Assembly: GCA_002712045.1 (NCBI GenBank)
Contig: PARX01000056.1
Coordinates: 1-39,573, forward strand
Origin: Paracoccaceae bacterium
GTDB lineage: Bacteria; Pseudomonadota; Alphaproteobacteria; Rhodobacterales; Rhodobacteraceae
DNA: 39,573 nucleotides
Direction: 5' to 3'
The notes beneath the pieces are model-generated. The model saw nothing but the letters and a program-made list of their open reading frames with translations. It ran no database searches and was not told the DNA's origin. Positions within the stretch are counted from its first letter, which is position 1. Every line of letters starts with the position of its first letter. Of the stretch, positions 38,044 to 39,573 are shown piece by piece. Position numbers and translations under genes: made by a program.

Positions 38044-39310
38044 AAAAATTACATTAAGAAATTTATCTAAAGAACCTGGATGCCTAGCAGAATATGATCC
38101 TAATTCGATGAGTATTGACTCAGCAAAAAAAATGATAGACTCATTTATAGAGCCAATTAAAAAAACTGAATCTGTAAAGCTCATAAATTCAATTAACCGA
38201 ATTCTAGCGGTTGATTTAATATCTCCAATTAATGTTCCAAATTATGATAATTCAGCAATGGATGGCTTTGGATTTAAATTCTCTTCATTAAAAAATACAA
38301 AAACCTTAAATGTAAAAAATAAAGTTTTAGCTGGAAATCTAAAAATTAATCATATAAAAGATGATGAAGCTATTAAGATAATGACTGGAGGAAAAATTCC
38401 AAATGGTGTCGATACTGTTATACCAATTGAATTAGTTAACTATAAGAATAATCAAATAACATTTACTGAAGCCCCAAAAGTTGGCTCAAATATAAGAAAA
38501 GCTGGAGAAGATATAAGAAAAAAAGATATTGTTCTTAAAAAAGGGACTTTAATTTATCCTTCACAATTAGGATTGATTGCTTCTTTAGGTTTTTCGAAGA
38601 TAAAAGTTTTTAAAAAACTAAAAGTAGGATTTTTTTCAACTGGAGATGAAATTGTTCAAGTAGGTAAAAAAATAAAATCAGGACAAGTTTATGATAGTAA
38701 TCATTTTACAATTCACTCTATGCTATCTAGATTAAATGTTGAATGTCTAGATTTAGAAGTTATTCCTGACAATAAAAAAATTATCAAAAATACCCTAAAA
38801 AAATTATCAAACCAAGCTGACGTAATCATTACAAGTGGCGGAGTATCTGTAGGTGAGGCGGACTATATGAAAGAAGTTTTAAAAGAAATTGGTGAAGTTT
38901 TATTTTGGAAATTAGCAATTAAACCAGGAAGACCTATGGCTTTCGGAAAAATAAAAAATACTGACTTTTTTGGCCTTCCAGGAAATCCTGTATCAGCTAT
39001 GGTTACTTTCTACCAAATTGTTCAAAGTGCTCTTAAAATAAAAATGGGCTCAAATCTCAAACAAAAAATACCAACGTTAAAAGTTGAGTGTAGTGAATCC
39101 ATCTTTAAAAAACCAGGTAGAACAGAATTTGTAAGAGGTATATTATATGAGTCTGATGGGGTATGGAAAGTCAAAACTACTGGAAAACAAGGATCCGGTA
39201 TCTTAAGCTCTATGAGTAAAGCAAATTGCTTTATAGTCCTTACTTCAAACAAAAGAAATGTAAAATCAGGTGAAATTGTTGATGTTCAATTAATGGAAAG
39301 CTTCGTATAG
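38036..39310 (+). CDS. moeA: molybdopterin molybdotransferase
   Basis: Motifs NSAMDGFGF, MTGGKIP, FSTGDE, GGVSVGEADY and PGNPVSAM. The start is uncertain: ATG 38036 makes an 8-nt overlap with mobB, and ATG 38018 or TTG 38000 are also possible. Confidence 0.92.
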   Translation: MTKKITLRNLSKEPGCLAEYDPNSMSIDSAKKMIDSFIEPIKKTESVKLINSINRILAVDLISPINVPNYDNSAMDGFGFKFSSLKNTKTLNVKNKVLAGNLKINHIKDDEAIKIMTGGKIPNGVDTVIPIELVNYKNNQITFTEAPKVGSNIRKAGEDIRKKDIVLKKGTLIYPSQLGLIASLGFSKIKVFKKLKVGFFSTGDEIVQVGKKIKSGQVYDSNHFTIHSMLSRLNVECLDLEVIPDNKKIIKNTLKKLSNQADVIITSGGVSVGEADYMKEVLKEIGEVLFWKLAIKPGRPMAFGKIKNTDFFGLPGNPVSAMVTFYQIVQSALKIKMGSNLKQKIPTLKVECSESIFKKPGRTEFVRGILYESDGVWKVKTTGKQGSGILSSMSKANCFIVLTSNKRNVKSGEIVDVQLMESFV

Positions 39311-39383
39311 ACTTGATTTCATTCATTACTTTTACTAAATAAGCTATAATTACTATCCTTTTTACTTAAACTTTCAAAAAAAT

Positions 39384-39573
39384 TTGTTTACTTTACCTTA
39401 TAAAAATAAACGAAATCTATCTTTAACTGAAACAATTTTATTGTCTATTTTATTTCATGCAGCATTCTTGGCATATCTACCATCACAAAAACTAAATGAT
39501 CCATTTAAATCAATTGAATTAGATATAGATATTTTAATAAATGAACCTGAACCAATAAAAGAAATTATTCCTG
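39384..39573 (+). CDS. 5' end of a TonB/TolA-like membrane-anchored protein (partial; runs off the window)
   Basis: The frame is open from 39339 to the window end. A TTG at 39384 gives LFTLPYKNKRNLSLTETILLSILFHAAFLAYL (an SxxxH-type anchor helix), followed by an acidic/Pro-containing EPEPIKEIIP stretch. The assignment is tentative. Confidence 0.35.
   Translation, partial: MFTLPYKNKRNLSLTETILLSILFHAAFLAYLPSQKLNDPFKSIELDIDILINEPEPIKEIIP

Noticed and set aside
1-39573. Mobile elements, CRISPR arrays, defence islands, toxin-antitoxin pairs, tRNA or rRNA genes
   Set aside because: There are no spaced direct-repeat arrays and no transposase, integrase or phage-like ORFs. The only GC-rich RNA-like island is rnpB. 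Every sizeable ORF is accounted for by a housekeeping function.

Overview
This is an AT-rich (about 30% GC by eye), very gene-dense core-chromosome segment. The synteny (argA-argB-HAD nucleotidase, trxA-rho, rsmI...rnpB...mraZ, dcw cluster followed by lpxC) points to a streamlined beta- or gammaproteobacterium; that taxonomy is inference only.

Layout:
- 1-2495 (+): argA (5'-partial), argB and a HAD pyrimidine 5'-nucleotidase.
- 2481-25458 (-): one uninterrupted head-to-tail gene run. It reads rsmI-pyrC-rnpB-[promoter/MraZ operator]-mraZ-rsmH-ftsL-ftsI-murE-murF-mraY-murD-ftsW-murG-murC-murB-ddl-ftsQ-ftsA-ftsZ-lpxC-small membrane ORF-NDUFA9-like SDR-cca.
- 25524-29690 (+): BON lipoprotein, trxA, rho, rpmE and an ArnT/PMT-like membrane glycosyltransferase.
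- 29785-35807 (-): NAD-linked formate dehydrogenase operon fdsG-B-A-fdhD(fdsC)-fdsD.
- 35958-39310 (+): divergent molybdenum-cofactor genes moaA-mobA-mobB-moeA.
- 39384 to the window end (+): 5' end of a TonB/TolA-like ORF.

I found no rRNA, tRNA, CRISPR array, transposase, integrase, phage or defence-type genes. I cannot support a novel multi-gene system here.

The most unusual thing visible is a set of lesions in otherwise perfectly conserved cell-envelope genes:
- an in-frame TGA in ftsZ at a conserved Gly
- an in-frame TAA in ftsI between the SxN and KTG motifs
- a 1-nt frameshift in murD at a T7 tract
- an in-frame TAA near the end of the glycosyltransferase, followed by 30 more coding-like codons
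- murF lacks any ATG/GTG/TTG start and appears to initiate at ATT

TGA and TAA clearly work as normal stops elsewhere in the window, and longer homopolymers (A12 in rsmH) are in frame. The lesions are therefore sequencing or consensus errors, very recent inactivations, or local recoding or reinitiation events. The sequence alone cannot decide between these.
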